Shown piece after piece: positions 38,370 to 50,799 of a stretch of 64,000 nt of DNA. The DNA is from Aplysia californica (lineage: Eukaryota). A program made the position numbers and the translations under genes. The notes beneath the pieces were generated by a model. The model did no database searches and was not told the origin of the DNA. It saw nothing but the letters and a program-made list of their open reading frames with translations. Location of the stretch: NCBI RefSeq assembly GCF_000002075.1, contig NW_004797453.1, forward strand, positions 887,425-951,424, written 5' to 3'. Positions within the stretch are counted from its first letter, which is position 1; each line of letters begins with the position of its first letter.

Positions 38370-39101
38370 GGGGGGGGGGGGGCTACACCCCCAAAGTCAA
38401 GATTTGGCAAAAAATTATGGAATTTGAATTGTAATCAATTTTAGCATCCTCAGGCTCTCCTACAACTATTTCATTGCATAAGAACCCCCCAAAAACCGTA
38501 TTTTTTCCCTACTCGGCATGTTTGTCACCGCCATTTCCACATAAAGTCAATATTTTACTTTTCTATATCAGCCGTTTTCTCAAAACACGACTTTTCTCTA
38601 TACTTTTTAAAATAACTCCACTATTTTTCATCCAATCTTCATGAAATTTTCACAGAATGAAGAGAAGATGTAATACTAAAATCTGTCTGTGAAGTTTTGA
38701 TATATGGAATAGATTTTTGTTAATGGTGTCTGGAGTGTAGATTTTCACGGATTCTTTGGCAAACTTGAATGCTACCTCAGGAAAAAATTCATAAAACATT
38801 TTTAAAATTCGTTTAGGAAAAAAACAACAAACAAATTTTTAGATCTAATGTTTGTTAACACACATGCAAAAAACCCCCCCCCCCCCCCCCCCAATAAATT
38901 TCCATTAGCGATAAGTACGGTATTCATTATGTAAGACATGTCAACAAAATCCAATATGGCCGCCATATCCATGGAAATGACTCTTTTCTCAAATTTGATT
39001 GCGGATTTTAAGACTCTTTACTATGCTTGTTATATGTATGAAATGTGGTAGAATTCGGTTCAGTAATAAGTAAGATAGCCTTTAGGTGTAGCCCCCCCCC
39101 C
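38370..39101. mobile_element. Non-autonomous DNA transposon with poly-G termini (Kolobok-like), copy 2
   Basis: ttta|GGGG..GCTACACC ... GGTGTAGCCCC..C|taaa. It is an inverted copy of 20281-21011. Confidence 0.8.
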
Positions 39102-40590
39102 TAAAATAAAGGTGGTGTATAGCAAGAAGCTAGTGGGCACCCCTTATTAGACTAGGCCACGGATGGGACATGCCGATCGGCCCGATCCATGAGTAGTGGG
39201 CACCCCTTATTAGACTAGGCCACGGATGGGACAGTCCTTTTCTTTTTTCACATGTGAGATTCCCACTTAGTCTGGCCGACGTAGTGAAACTCAAAACCCA
39301 CGTACAATTCATATCGATCTTTTTCGGCTTNNNNNNNNNNNNNNNNNNNNNNNNNNNNNNNNNNNNNNNNNNNNNNNNNNNNNNNNNNNNNNNNNNNNNN
39401 NNNNNNNNNNNNNNNNNNNNNNNNNNNNNNNNNNNNNNNNNNNNNNNNNNNNNNNNNNNNNNNNNNNNNNNNNNNNNNNNNNNNNNNNNNNNNNNNNNNN
39501 NNNNNNNNNNNNNNNNNNNNNNNNNNNNNNNNNNNNNNNNNNNNNNNNNNNNNNNNNNNNNNNNNNNNNNNNNNNNNNNNNNNNNNNNNNNNNNNNNNNN
39601 NNNNNNNNNNNNNNNNNNNNNNNNNNNNNNNNNNNNNNNNNNNNNNNNNNNNNNNNNNNNNNNNNNNNNNNNNNNNNNNNNNNNNNNNNNNNNNNNNNNN
39701 NNNNNNNNNNNNNNNNNNNNNNNNNNNNNNNNNNNNNNNNNNNNNNNNNNNNNNNNNNNNNNNNNNNNNNNNNNNNNNNNNNNNNNNNNNNNNNNNNNNN
39801 NNNNNNNNNNNNNNNNNNNNNNNNNNNNNNNNNNNNNNNNNNNNNNNNNNNNNNNNNNNNNNNNNNNNNNNNNNNNNNNNNNNNNNNNNNNNNNNNNNNN
39901 NNNNNNNNNNNNNNNNNNNNNNNNNNNNNNNNNNNNNNNNNNNNNNNNNNNNNNNNNNNNNNNNNNNNNNNNNNNNNNNNNNNNNNNNNNNNNNNNNNNN
40001 NNNNNNNNNNNNNNNNNNNNNNNNNNNNNNNNNNNNNNNNNNNNNNNNNNNNNNNNNNNNNNNNNNNNNNNNNNNNNNNNNNNNNNNNNNNNNNNNNNNN
40101 NNNNNNNNNNNNNNNNNNNNNNNNNNCTGTTCCAGACTCGATGACCACGAGAAAATAATTTATAACTTGACCAATATTGTGCAACAAATTTGATAGGAAT
40201 TATGTTTAATCATCAGCCATGTTTTAGGGTATACCAAAAACAGCATTTTGCGTTATCTCTATATATTATATTTGTGAAAGTTCGTCACGTTGGCCGCCTA
40301 AAACGTCCGAACCGCTTAACTTTCGAATATTTTACCAAATTAATAGGGTTTAGAATCATTTAAAGGCTGCACAGTTTTTTATTGAGGAGCCTGAGGTCAC
40401 TGTAGTTTAATTTTCAGTTTGTCATTAGTTTCGTTTTGATCTAATCTTGGGAATCTAGTCTTCTAAGACGCCATTGTAAACAAGTGAGGTTCCCGTTCAC
40501 AAGCCATGCGCACTGTTTCCACACCTTTGAAATTCGGGAGTGTACAACCACGAATGCGGAATTGAGATTCAATCTATACATCTATTTTAA

Positions 40591-41008
40591 TTTGGCAACT
40601 TGGAAACACATGTGTCATTTGTCCCATAAAACTACGACAGCTGCAGAGTTGAAAGTTGGCAAGTACCTGCAAAAAGATAGATAGGCCCCCATGACGGAGA
40701 ACGAGCTTTGATTTATTAATTTCGAGAATTAAGAAAACATATATTTAACAAAAAGTACCCGTCCTTCTTTGGCCATTGTGATTATTCCACTGAGAATCGA
40801 AACAAATCTGCGTATCTCTGTCCTTTACAACGGAATTGCCGGAAAAGATATTTCGCGAGGCTTATTTTGTTTTGAAAGTGTAGATTTAGACCTTCTAATT
40901 TGTTTTCGTCTCTCAAGATTTATTGCTCGTTCCAGTAGAGGGTAAATATAATAGGCCAATGACTTTCACTTGATGATCACCGATCATTCCTTTCATCGAA
41001 AGGGGGCC
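40591..41008 (+). repeat. Interspersed non-coding repeat, copy 2
   Basis: Collinear with 9798-10218. Confidence 0.85.
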
Positions 41009-41329
41009 AAGTTAGTAACCCGGTGGGGTGAATGAGAGAGAGACTTGCACAATAAAAAACAACAACAAAGTGAGTGGCTTTAAGCTCTTAATGGGTCATA
41101 GGGCCATTTTGGTGATGTATTAAAGACGGAGCCACACAAACCGCTACAGCAGATTCATTATAAGAATTTGTTCAATCAGTCCTACGATCCGTGCGGTGGT
41201 TTTGTGGTTATGAGGCTTAAGGTCAGCAAATATTAGTAACGCATGATAAGGCAGCCATCGCACAGCAAACTGTGTCTTAACCTGGCTGAAGGAACATGTT
41301 AAGGATCGTGTCATCAGTCGTTCAAAAGA

Positions 41330-41480
41330 GAACCCATGGACATCACTTAGTCCAGTTGTTAACTTATTTTGATTGTTTTTCTTTGGGTTATCTCAAAAAG
41401 CAAATCTCATGTGAATGATTCCAAACCTCCATGAACTCAAAAATAAAAACATGGAGCTTCTGAAAGCTACTATGCCTCAG
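41330..41480 (+). mobile_element. Tc1/mariner (Tc3/DD37D-like) C-terminal remnant
   Basis: Degenerate WTSLSP...D.FLWGYLK...PNLHELK. Confidence 0.45.
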
Positions 41481-41799
41481 CAGTGTCAAACCCATTTTTT
41501 AAAAGCCCAAACACAGAAATGTATTGTGCTTGGTAGGGGCTATGTTTAACATCTTTGGACAAGTTAACAGTTTTAATGCGAATTCCTTTTTTTGTGTAAT
41601 AATCCGTAACTATGAGGGGCATACCAAAAGTTGTTTTTTTTAACCTGACCATGAAGGAACAAAGGTAGAAAGCTGAAATTTGGTACTAAGCTTAATCTTT
41701 CTCTAAGTAATCGCCTCCCACATTTATATATTTTTTTTGCTATCGATGTATGACCTTGAAAAGACCCCGAGAATCATTTTTCAATTAGGGGAATACAAA

Positions 41800-42690
41800 A
41801 ATATCGGACTGGGCTAAATCTAGAGAATAGGGTGAATGTGGCAAAATTCCATAGCCACTTTCCCGCACAGTTTCTGCAGCTTTTCTTGAAGTGTGTACTG
41901 GCGCGTTGTCGTCTTTCGGATCTTTCCTCTGCGGTTTTTTTTAGCCTTTCCTAAATTTTTTAGCTGATTGGAAAAATGGTCTCCGGTGATTGTGTGTCCA
42001 TTTTCAAGATGTCTGTCATAGTTTCTTCTTCTTGGTCCCAAAAAACTGATAGCCTCATTTTTACACTTGACAACTGCACCTTTGCCTTCTTTAGTGTTTG
42101 AGACGAAGGCGTTTTCCACAGCGTTGGTGCAGGATCGTAGTGTTGGACCTATGTCTTATCCATGGTTTCAATTTTTCTAAAAAGTTAGTTTCGTCCTTTT
42201 CATACACACCAAGCAATTCTTGAGAACCATCCACCTGTTGGACTTTTTGAGGAGGAGTCAACAAACGTGGGACCTGTCTCGCAGAAACCTTTATGATGTT
42301 CAAATGTTCATTTGAGATTCACTCAACGGATCCAATGCTAAGCCTAGTTACTTTGCTCACTTGTTCGACTGTCACTCGCCTATCAGACAACACAAGTTTC
42401 TTGATTTTCAACACATATCTTCTGTTGTTGATGTCACTACAGTGGTCATCTTCAATGTGCATGAATCTGCATTTGACTTTTTATACCAAACTTTTATCCC
42501 AGCATAGGATGGGCAATCCGTTCCATATACGGCATGCATCTAAATACAACTATCCAAGATAAACCAAAGTATAACAGTTTTTAAAATGCACAGAAAATTG
42601 AGGTAGCCAACCTGTACCGGTACTAATACAGAGGGTATTTTTCCATTTACAAAAAACAGAAAAAGTTTCATTCAGATGACTAGATTACAG
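41800..42690 (-). mobile_element. mariner transposase pseudogene
   Basis: Contains LSDRRVTVEQV..LSIGSV, KVSARQVPRLLT (WVPR motif), HYDP, LENGHTITGDHF and HPPYSPDL-like sequence. The end sequence recurs inverted at about 62040-62190. Confidence 0.85.
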
Positions 42691-43145
42691 ATATAATGAT
42701 TGTCGGTCGTGGCAAGCCGGAAAATTATAAACAGGGGATATGGAATAAGGAGCGGGAGGTGGGTGGGGGGGATACACCCCCCCCCCCTGAAAATTAATAT
42801 TGGATACCTTAGAGTAATGAGACACACTATTAGTCATGAAAAGATTTAATTCGCTTAGAGAATGATAAGTGTCTCTATCCAAATAAAAGTCCGGACATTA
42901 TTTAGATTAGTTTTGATTTTTTTTCATTACAAGAAGCCTCAACAAGGAGCAAACGGAGTGAGCCCGTCGCCGTTCCGTCGTCCTTTGTTTCCAGAGAAAC
43001 AACGGGTCTAAGTTTTACGCAGTGCCGATTTTAAACATCTGTGCAGACCCGTTGTTTCTCTGGAGTTTTTATTTTAGTGCTGCATAAAATTCGGCCGGAC
43101 TGGAACCGTTTTTTCCCCCTCTCTTTCTTCAAGCAACGAAACAAG

Positions 43146-43282
43146 ATGGAGGTGGAAGCGTTGACAGAAGCTGTCAGAAAAAGGCATTTATCTCATGATA
43201 AATGAGACGACGATTATTCAAACAGAGTTTTAATCAACAAAATTTGGAAGGCAGTTGCGTGCGTAAGAAATTGGAATTGATG
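43146..43282 (+). pseudogene. Degenerate MADF (Myb/SANT-like) domain exon, probably a Harbinger accessory gene
   Basis: Reads MEVEALTEAVRKRHLSHDK*DDDYSNRVLINKIWKAVA..IGIDG, then a GT donor. It has an internal stop and a frameshift. Confidence 0.55.
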
Positions 43283-43314
43283 GTGACATGCAATAATTAT
43301 TGACTTGATATCTC

Positions 43315-43770
43315 TGTCTCTCTGTGTCAGTCTGCATCTATCTCCCTCTCTGTGACTCACCCTTTCATGTCACTCTCCCTCTACTTTTAAATCACTCTCA
43401 CTCTCCATCTCTCCTTGTCACTCTCTGTCACTCTCGCTCTCTCTGTCACTCTCTTTGTCATTTTCTCTCTCTCCCTCTCTGTCACTCTATCTGCCACTCT
43501 CTCTGTCACTCTCTCTGTCACTCTTTCTACCACCCTCTCCCTCTCCTCTCCGTCACTCTCTCTGTCTCTTGCTTTGTCATTCTCTCTGCCCCTCTCTCTC
43601 TCTGTCATTTTCTCTCTCTCCCTCTCTGTCACTCTATCTGCCACTCTCTCTGTCACTCTCTCTATCACTTTCTCTTCCTCTCTGGCCCTCTCCCTCTGTG
43701 TCACTCTCTCCTTTTCCCTCTGTCACTCTCTGTTTCTCGTCGTGTCACCCTCTCCCTCTCCGTCTCCCTC
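43315..43770. repeat. CT-rich compound minisatellite (ctctctgtca units)
   Basis: Directly visible. It produces the low-complexity ORFs at 43324-44037. Confidence 0.9.
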
Positions 43771-44320
43771 TCAAGACAGACACATTTTGCTGCCATGTCT
43801 GAGGAATTGTTTCCTTCTTTCAAAAGTAACAGCTCAAAGCATGCAAGAAGTACATGGAAATGTTTCTTCCATCAATGTGAGGCGCCGAGTAGTTACCCAG
43901 GACTTAGAACAAGAACGCCTTATTTAGAACTGCTATTATTATTAGCGAATCTGCGACTACAGCGTCGTATTCACTGTGCGCAACAGCACGGGGAAAATCA
44001 GAACCTCTCAGTTATCCAACCGTCATACTGCACTTGAAACAAACAGCACATTTTCTGGAAGATCACAACATGATATGAATGTCCAGGACTGACCAACGTA
44101 CCCAACATGTCTTCAACACGCGCATGAGGGATGAACTGAACCACAAAGTGTGCGCAAGAGGCCGTCTTGTGAATCTGCTGCAGGTGGAGGTCGCGCTGCC
44201 TCTAAAGTGTGTCAGAATTTCTCAACAAACCAAACAAAACATTGAAATTAAAGTTATAGAATCCATGCGAAGACGTCTTTTGGTCTTTATACATGCTAAT
44301 GATGGTCATGCTGTTTACTA
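43740..44320 (+). mobile_element. Internally deleted Tc1 transposase remnant
   Basis: Reads SQDRHILLPCLRNCF..VTAQ..NVSSINVRRR and the C-terminal IESMRRRLLVFIHANDGHAVY*. It is homologous to the reverse complement of 46150-46340. Confidence 0.75.
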
Positions 44321-44619
44321 GGTGTGAGAAATTTTTATTAAGTTTCGATATGTGTTTATCTACAAATACGTCTGGGGTGGGGGGGGGGGGGGGGGGGTTA
44401 CTCCGAAAAAAGGAAGATAAGGTATCGAAATCATTTGAAGTATGTAATAAAAATGGTCTACATTTATTGGAAAATGAATAAACTAAAAAAAAAGACTTCT
44501 TTTAATGTATATTCATTTGATACAAACGTGTACTGCGAACGAATTGTTGAGTTCTTAATGGTGTTCAGTATATTACATAAAAATATATATATAATAAATC
44601 AATATACATTTTTAGTAAG

Positions 44620-44920
44620 AGTTTTATGGCGCTGGCAACTGCATAAGTCATATAATATAATATGAGCGCATGGGACATAGTAAACATTTTCAGTATGGTA
44701 GGATTAATTTTGAATTTTGTCCGTGTGGCAGTTAAAGCCGACTCTTATCGATTTTGGACCGCCAAAGGATCTTACCGTGCGCACGGAACCTCCGAGATTT
44801 TTCGTCCCTTTCCGAGAAAGCTAGGCATCAATCCTTAACTACCATTTTACGTTGCTGTCAGGTTTCGAACCCGGGACCTATTGAATGAGAGGCAAACACT
44901 TTAATATCGAGAGCTACACA
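44620..44920 (-). mobile_element. tRNA-derived SINE, family B (Meta-like), shorter copy
   Basis: Contains the B box gggttcgaaacc, gtgcgcacggtaagatcctttgg and the tail atgcagttgccagcgccataaaac shared with 54498-55028. Confidence 0.75.
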
Positions 44921-45329
44921 GATTTGCATACCTGTATACCTGATTTTACTCTATTGTTAGTATTATTGTTCTTGATATNNNNNNNNNNNNNNNNNNNNNN
45001 NNNNNNNNNNNNNNNNNNNNNNNNNNNNNNNNNNNNNNNNNNNNNNNNNNNNNNNNNNNNNNNNNNNNNNNNNNNNNNNNNNNNNNNNNNNNNNNNNNNN
45101 NNNNNNNNNNNNNNNNNNNNNNNNNNAAATTGGAAAAATAATATTAATCCGCAGACAGGAAAAAGAGGCTAAAACAGCACCTGGACATGGATAGCTGGTG
45201 CCTCGATAAATAAATCATTGATTGTCAAGGTCAAGGTGCTGCAAATCTCAAGTATTTTTATATAATGAGTCAGTGATCATTTGAAAGTCCAGCTGGACTG
45301 GTCGGAAAGGGGCTCAAAACCCTGCTCTC

Positions 45330-45475
45330 TGTGCGTGGCTTGCCAGATCCCCAGACCTCACCGTGTGTGAATTTTTTTATTGTGGGAATATGTAAAAGAT
45401 GGCGTTTATGTTTCATCGCCACCCACTAATCTGGATGACCTAAAACAACGAATAACGACACCAATCAACTCACTT
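45330..45475 (+). mobile_element. Tc1/mariner (DD37D-like) C-terminal remnant
   Basis: Reads WLARSPDLTVCEFF.LWEYVKDGVYVSSPPTNLDDLKQRI. Confidence 0.8.
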
Positions 45476-45519
45476 GGCTGAAACAGCAGACAGGAAGACA
45501 GGCAGGCAGACAGAATAAA

Positions 45520-46620
45520 TATATACATATATATTGAACGCCATTAAAAACGCAATGCTTCACTCGCAGGGTCTGTACACGTTTGTATCAAATGAAGATA
45601 GAGTAACAGATAGTTTTTTTGAAGCTCATTCAATTTCCAACCCATGTGGACCATTTTACTCACATACTTCAATTGATTTCTACACGTGGTCTTCCTTCTT
45701 TCGAAGTACGCCGTTTGGAAAAATTTGCAGATACGCACAAATCAAAGCCTAATAAAGAATTCACATCTTTCGTAACATAAATTGTATGGCCATCATTAAC
45801 ATGCTTTTAGACTAAGATATGTCTTCACATGGATTTCATAAATTTTACAACGTTTTGTTGAGAAATTCTATCCCCCTTTTGTATCAGCGCAACCTCTAAT
45901 TGCAGCAGATTTTTAAAAAAAATAGTAGATTAGCAAAACGGTATCTTGCACGCATTTTAGCAATTCAGGTAATCCAATATGCGCTGTTGGAGACATGTCC
46001 TGTACGGACGCTGGCTAGTCCACGATGCCATTCACGATGTTATGGCCTTCTAGAAACTGTCTTGTTTGTTACATGGGCAAGGTGGGGGTAGGAGTTGTCG
46101 TGTAGGAAAACAGAGGTTCTGATTTTTTTGGTTTTAGTTTACCCAGTGACGTCTGTACTCTTGTCGGGGATTCGTTAATAGTAGTCCTAAATAAGGCATT
46201 CTTGATCTTAGTCTTGAACATACAAGACTGCACCTAACACTGATGGGAGAAATATTTTCATTCACTCCTTGCAAGCCTTGAGCTGTTTCTTTTTCTGGAT
46301 GGAAACAGTTCTGCAAAGTAGACTGCAAAATCTGTTTGTCTTGGGCCGGGCTGGTGACTCGAGGCTAACCCATTCTTTGTCTATTCCCGACCTTTCAAGC
46401 GTGCTGAAATTATTGTATAAGTCGAGAAACAATACAAGCAACCCAATTTAGCTGTCTTGCTGTTTCTGGGACAGCTTTGAACCAGGCAAGTTTTACTTGC
46501 TATCAAATTCGCTACGATGTTGTGGCGTCTTGTATGGAAAGGAAAACCAATACTGATCGCAAACAAATTAGGACTTTTGTTTGGAAAGAGCTTGGGCAAG
46601 GTAGAAATGCCAAAAGTATT
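45520..46620 (-). mobile_element. Tc1 element remnant
   Basis: Reads PRVTSPAQDKQILQSTLQNCFHP..NISPISVR..LRSRMPYLG. The end sequence is shared with 10230-10320. Confidence 0.7.
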
Positions 46621-48229
46621 GTTTTAGTTGAGTGTAGACTAAAGCAATACACAACAACCAAAAGACAGGACGCTACAAAGCGGTGAGCAGATGTGTGTGC
46701 TTATATTGTTGAAGTATTGGGTATTATGTAATGGGCATATCATTACATAGCTCATGTCGTTTGCGTGTACGTACGAGTAATAAACGTGATTATGAAAGAC
46801 AATCATGTTTCAAGTCATGAAAGTTCTTTGAAGAGTATTCATTTTAAATCCATGTCCCTACATAAGTAGATTACGCAACGTAAATGTATCCCTGAATCCA
46901 TGCAAATCTAGTTTTTAGAATCCCCACCCTCTTTTTTGTTTTCTAACAACTAGAAAAATAAGCGTGAGTCTTCAATTGTGAAATAGTGGGAATTTTATGG
47001 TTAGTTGTTAGATCTGCAGAACTATTTTACTATGACAAACTGCTTTATTTCTACGGCGAAGAAAACTGAAAACCATTTTAATCCATCTGTAGTGATACTT
47101 AAATATGAGTATACACAGTATCAAGCTCCTCGTTGAAAGTACGTGCAAATTAACCAGATATTAGTAAATAAATTTGGTGAAAAGTTCTCTTAGTTCATTA
47201 TTGGTTTCACTTTTTGTGCTGTTACTTACTTGTCTAAGAAGAGAGACAGAGAACGTAACAAGGACTAAGATGCCTACAGAATGTACAGAGTTCCTTGTCT
47301 CATCCCAGATCTCTCCCCTCACTCCAATCTACCCCAGAACCCTCTGACTAACCCCAATTTCTCGCAAAAAAGTAAAAAGGCATTCCAGAAATCCAATTAA
47401 AGGGATGGGGTTGGGAAAGGCGTAAGCATTACATTCAATTTGTCCCGGGCGCCGGTCTGAGTGACAGGCAGCCCCTAGGGTCTATCCCTGGGGTCGCACA
47501 AGGGCTGAGACGCAGGGGACCCACACTGATGAACATTTTTATCATACAAATGAACGTTAGAAAGCTGCGGATTAATGCAGAATTGTAAGGGTGTCACTGA
47601 GGTTTTACCCCTTCACGTAAGCTAAGAGTTGTCAGGAGGATCCGTAGTGGTGCCACCCATTTGGTCCAGGATTTTTGTTTTTGATTTTTAAAATAATAGA
47701 AGCAAATATTTAAGGCATATTATGGCATTGTTTTCACAACAGGAGTCCAACAAGTCAAACGTTTAGACGCTACAAATATTATAATTATAAAACGTTTATA
47801 GATTGGAAACTGGGAAATTACAAATCATAATCTGCCCTCAAAGCAAAACCATCAATGTCTATACAGCATTATGATTACTATTGGCTATGATAATTTAAGA
47901 AACTGTCTCTTTTAGCACATGTCAAATTGACCGGCACTTCCATTTCTAGACGACAGAAATCAGAACTGGGTCATGCAAAAATAGCATCAACATATCATAC
48001 AATATCGTCACTTAGATTTCGGATTTCCCTAACACATTCTGAAGAGTTGAAAGCACATTAAATGTTTAAAATGTACTTTACTCAAAATACTTCATTTTGA
48101 GTCCATCACTTTACTTTTCAAGCGACAAGGTCATATTATGTTTATAAAATCTCCTTTAGAAAATAAGAAGTAGAATTATAAAAGTGTAGAAAACATGCTG
48201 CAGTCAAAAATAATGATTGAAACACATGC

Positions 48230-48650
48230 GATCTCAAAGACTGTGACGAAAGACATTTTACTCATTATATATCACAATTACTAAATACTCAATCCATATA
48301 AACCCACTGTTACCCCCTAACCGCTGGATTGAAAACAACTCAGTCTTGCGGCACATGCCGTCAGTTCAAAAAAAGAAATTAGAGTTGAATAAACAAAAAG
48401 AACTAATACACAACAACCGTTCTTGTTCTAATTTTAAAAAATCCCCGCGCAGACTGTAATAAAATACTAATGATTAGATCTATACAGAAAACACCTCTTT
48501 ATATTTGTCAATTATGCACGAAAATCGTGATTTTTTAAAGGTTTTTTTTAAAAATTCATAAGCACCTGCAAAAAAAATCAAGCCAATTCGCCACTTAGTT
48601 TCAATGTAATGAGGTCGACAAGTTGTCCATTTGGTGTAGTCCGGACTATA
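48230..48650 (+). repeat. Second copy of the right arm of the 357-1600 element
   Basis: aaacccactgt..gaaaacaactcagtcttgcggcacatg..ccacttagtttca..gactata. Confidence 0.8.
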
Positions 48651-48908
48651 GGTGTATCCCTCGCGCTCATACGACCTTATTCAGTTGCGAGCGCCGTAAA
48701 ACGTTTATCCCCCCCCCCCCCCAAAATAGTGATGGGAATGGGCAAAGTGATCGCTCCCTGGAATACAAGAACACAGTGTACTAAATTTCCGCATGTCTAA
48801 ACATTCAGTATTTCTATCATCATCATTCCAACATCTTCGCAGAAAGAACAGACAGCCCACAAACACACACGCTCGTAACTACAAAAGATTAAATCTCTAG
48901 AAAAGAAA

Positions 48909-49052
48909 ACGGTGAAATGGTATGTGTTTAAAACCCCTATCAACTCTATTATGTTATTGAAGAGGCAGGGCCTCTTAGTTTAACGTCCGTCTCCAAAAGG
49001 ACCGAGCCAAATTGGAAATTCGTGTAAAGTGTCTTTCCCAAGGACACAACGT
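48909..49052 (-). mobile_element. SINE family A 3' part
   Basis: Homologous to 37527-37672. Confidence 0.7.
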
Positions 49053-50799
49053 TGAAATCTCAAGACTTTTGAAAAAATAAAGTATAACTTGACAGAAGGA
49101 AAATAAATATAAAACAACCAATAACACAAAACGATCAGAACAGAATTTAACCCCCAGAATTTAACAGCAAAAAAACAGCAACAACAACAAATTGATCACC
49201 CCCAAGTTAGTCTATTTCTATGACTCAAGAAACGAAAACACAGAGTTCGTAAAAGTATAGGGTGTCTAAAAAAATGACAATAACTCGGCCATCTTTGCAC
49301 TAATTTCAACAAAATTCCGAAAAAGATATAATTCAACCATGAGGACATCACGTTTGCAAATATAAAGAAAATCGATCATAATCTTTGAAAAACATCAAAG
49401 TTTGAAAATTTCAACCGAAGTTGGGTACAAATGCAAGATTTCACTCAGCGTGTTCTGGTTTCATGACAAGGACGGTAAAACCACGAAAGTCACCTCACAT
49501 GGAGATCTCATCGTGCTGAGAAACTTTTGTAGAAGTTTGAAGAGACGGTGTTATGCTGTACTGTAGAGGCCTGGTTCCAGTGATATGAGGCCTCGTCAAG
49601 AGGGGCCAATGTGTCGTGTCACAAGGTTTGGAGAACGCTTTATAAGCCGAAATTTTACTAATGAATCGTCACATTTACCTTAAATTGAGCCCCTTCATTT
49701 ATTACCTCCTGGGTTTTTTTTTCATTTTTAGGGACAGAGTCTACTGACACAACCCACAAACAATCGAAGATTAAAACTCAATGTAATGTTGAACTTGACG
49801 TCCAAAGAATCATCCCCAAAACATGCCACTGAGTATTCAAAATTGTAAGTGGCTGTTTGCAGCCTGTAGAGAGAGAAAGGGTCAACACCTGGAGATATAA
49901 AAATAGACATCACATCCCTGAGTTTATTTGGCAATATCAATGTTGTATAAATTTGTTCTTCAATGCACAAATTAACTGTGACTATTCGAAAAGGAGCAAT
50001 ATGGTTGATTTTTAAGAAGTTGCCAAGTTTTGCGTTTCTCTCAATTTCGGATGAAATGTTTAAATTTTAATATTTATTTTCGAACGTCCTCATGGCTGAA
50101 TTTTATTTCTTCGAAGTTTTGATGGCATTGGTCCAACGTTATTGAGCTATTGCCCTTTAAATGGGTCCCTAGCACTGTCTTTTAGCTAAAAAAAGAATTC
50201 AGGGGGATATCGTCCTTATACCAGACACCTCTGCAAATATTCTTGACTCTGTGGTGAAGACACTGTCCAGGAATAAAAGCAGAAGGCCCGTGTCTGGCAC
50301 AAAGCTAGGAAATAACGAATTTATCGCCAAATGCCCATTTTTAGATACCTGGTAACTTATTTGACAAGGTCAACTCCCAATGGCCTCTCGCTTATTTTGA
50401 GGTGTCCTCTATTGCAATATATTATTATTGTCCTTATTATCAACATTAATTATTGCCAGATCGGCCTTAGTGCTGCTACCATAATGACAGTAGATGGTAC
50501 TACCTGCAGCTGTTCCTACTGCCTTGTAGGTGCATACGGGAGTGTGAAAGGTTAAGGGAGTAAACCCTAAACAAATCCGGAGGAAGGGCCCCTAAGGCAG
50601 TCGACAGGGAGGAACGATCCTGACTATCTTCTGGAAGCCCCTTCAACTTTACTGGTTCCAAATGTATTGACCTCGTCTCTCCTTTGGATTAAATCAGCTA
50701 GTTCGAGAGGGGATCGTGCAAATTGGGCAAGGCACGTTCTCTATATAGCCAGGCCCAGGCATTTAGCTTAGTCAACATCAACAATTTATAATTCTGCGT

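Noticed and set aside
39131-39330. Second 63-bp array joined to an exact 98-bp copy of 36359-36456
   Set aside because: These are two essentially exact, read-length pieces from nearby loci abutting a gap. A gap-filling or mate-pair chimera is the most likely cause.
43826-43890. Second MADF exon (CKK.WK-like)
   Set aside because: The DNA aligns with the Tc1 remnant at 46150-46340, so it is Tc1 transposase sequence.
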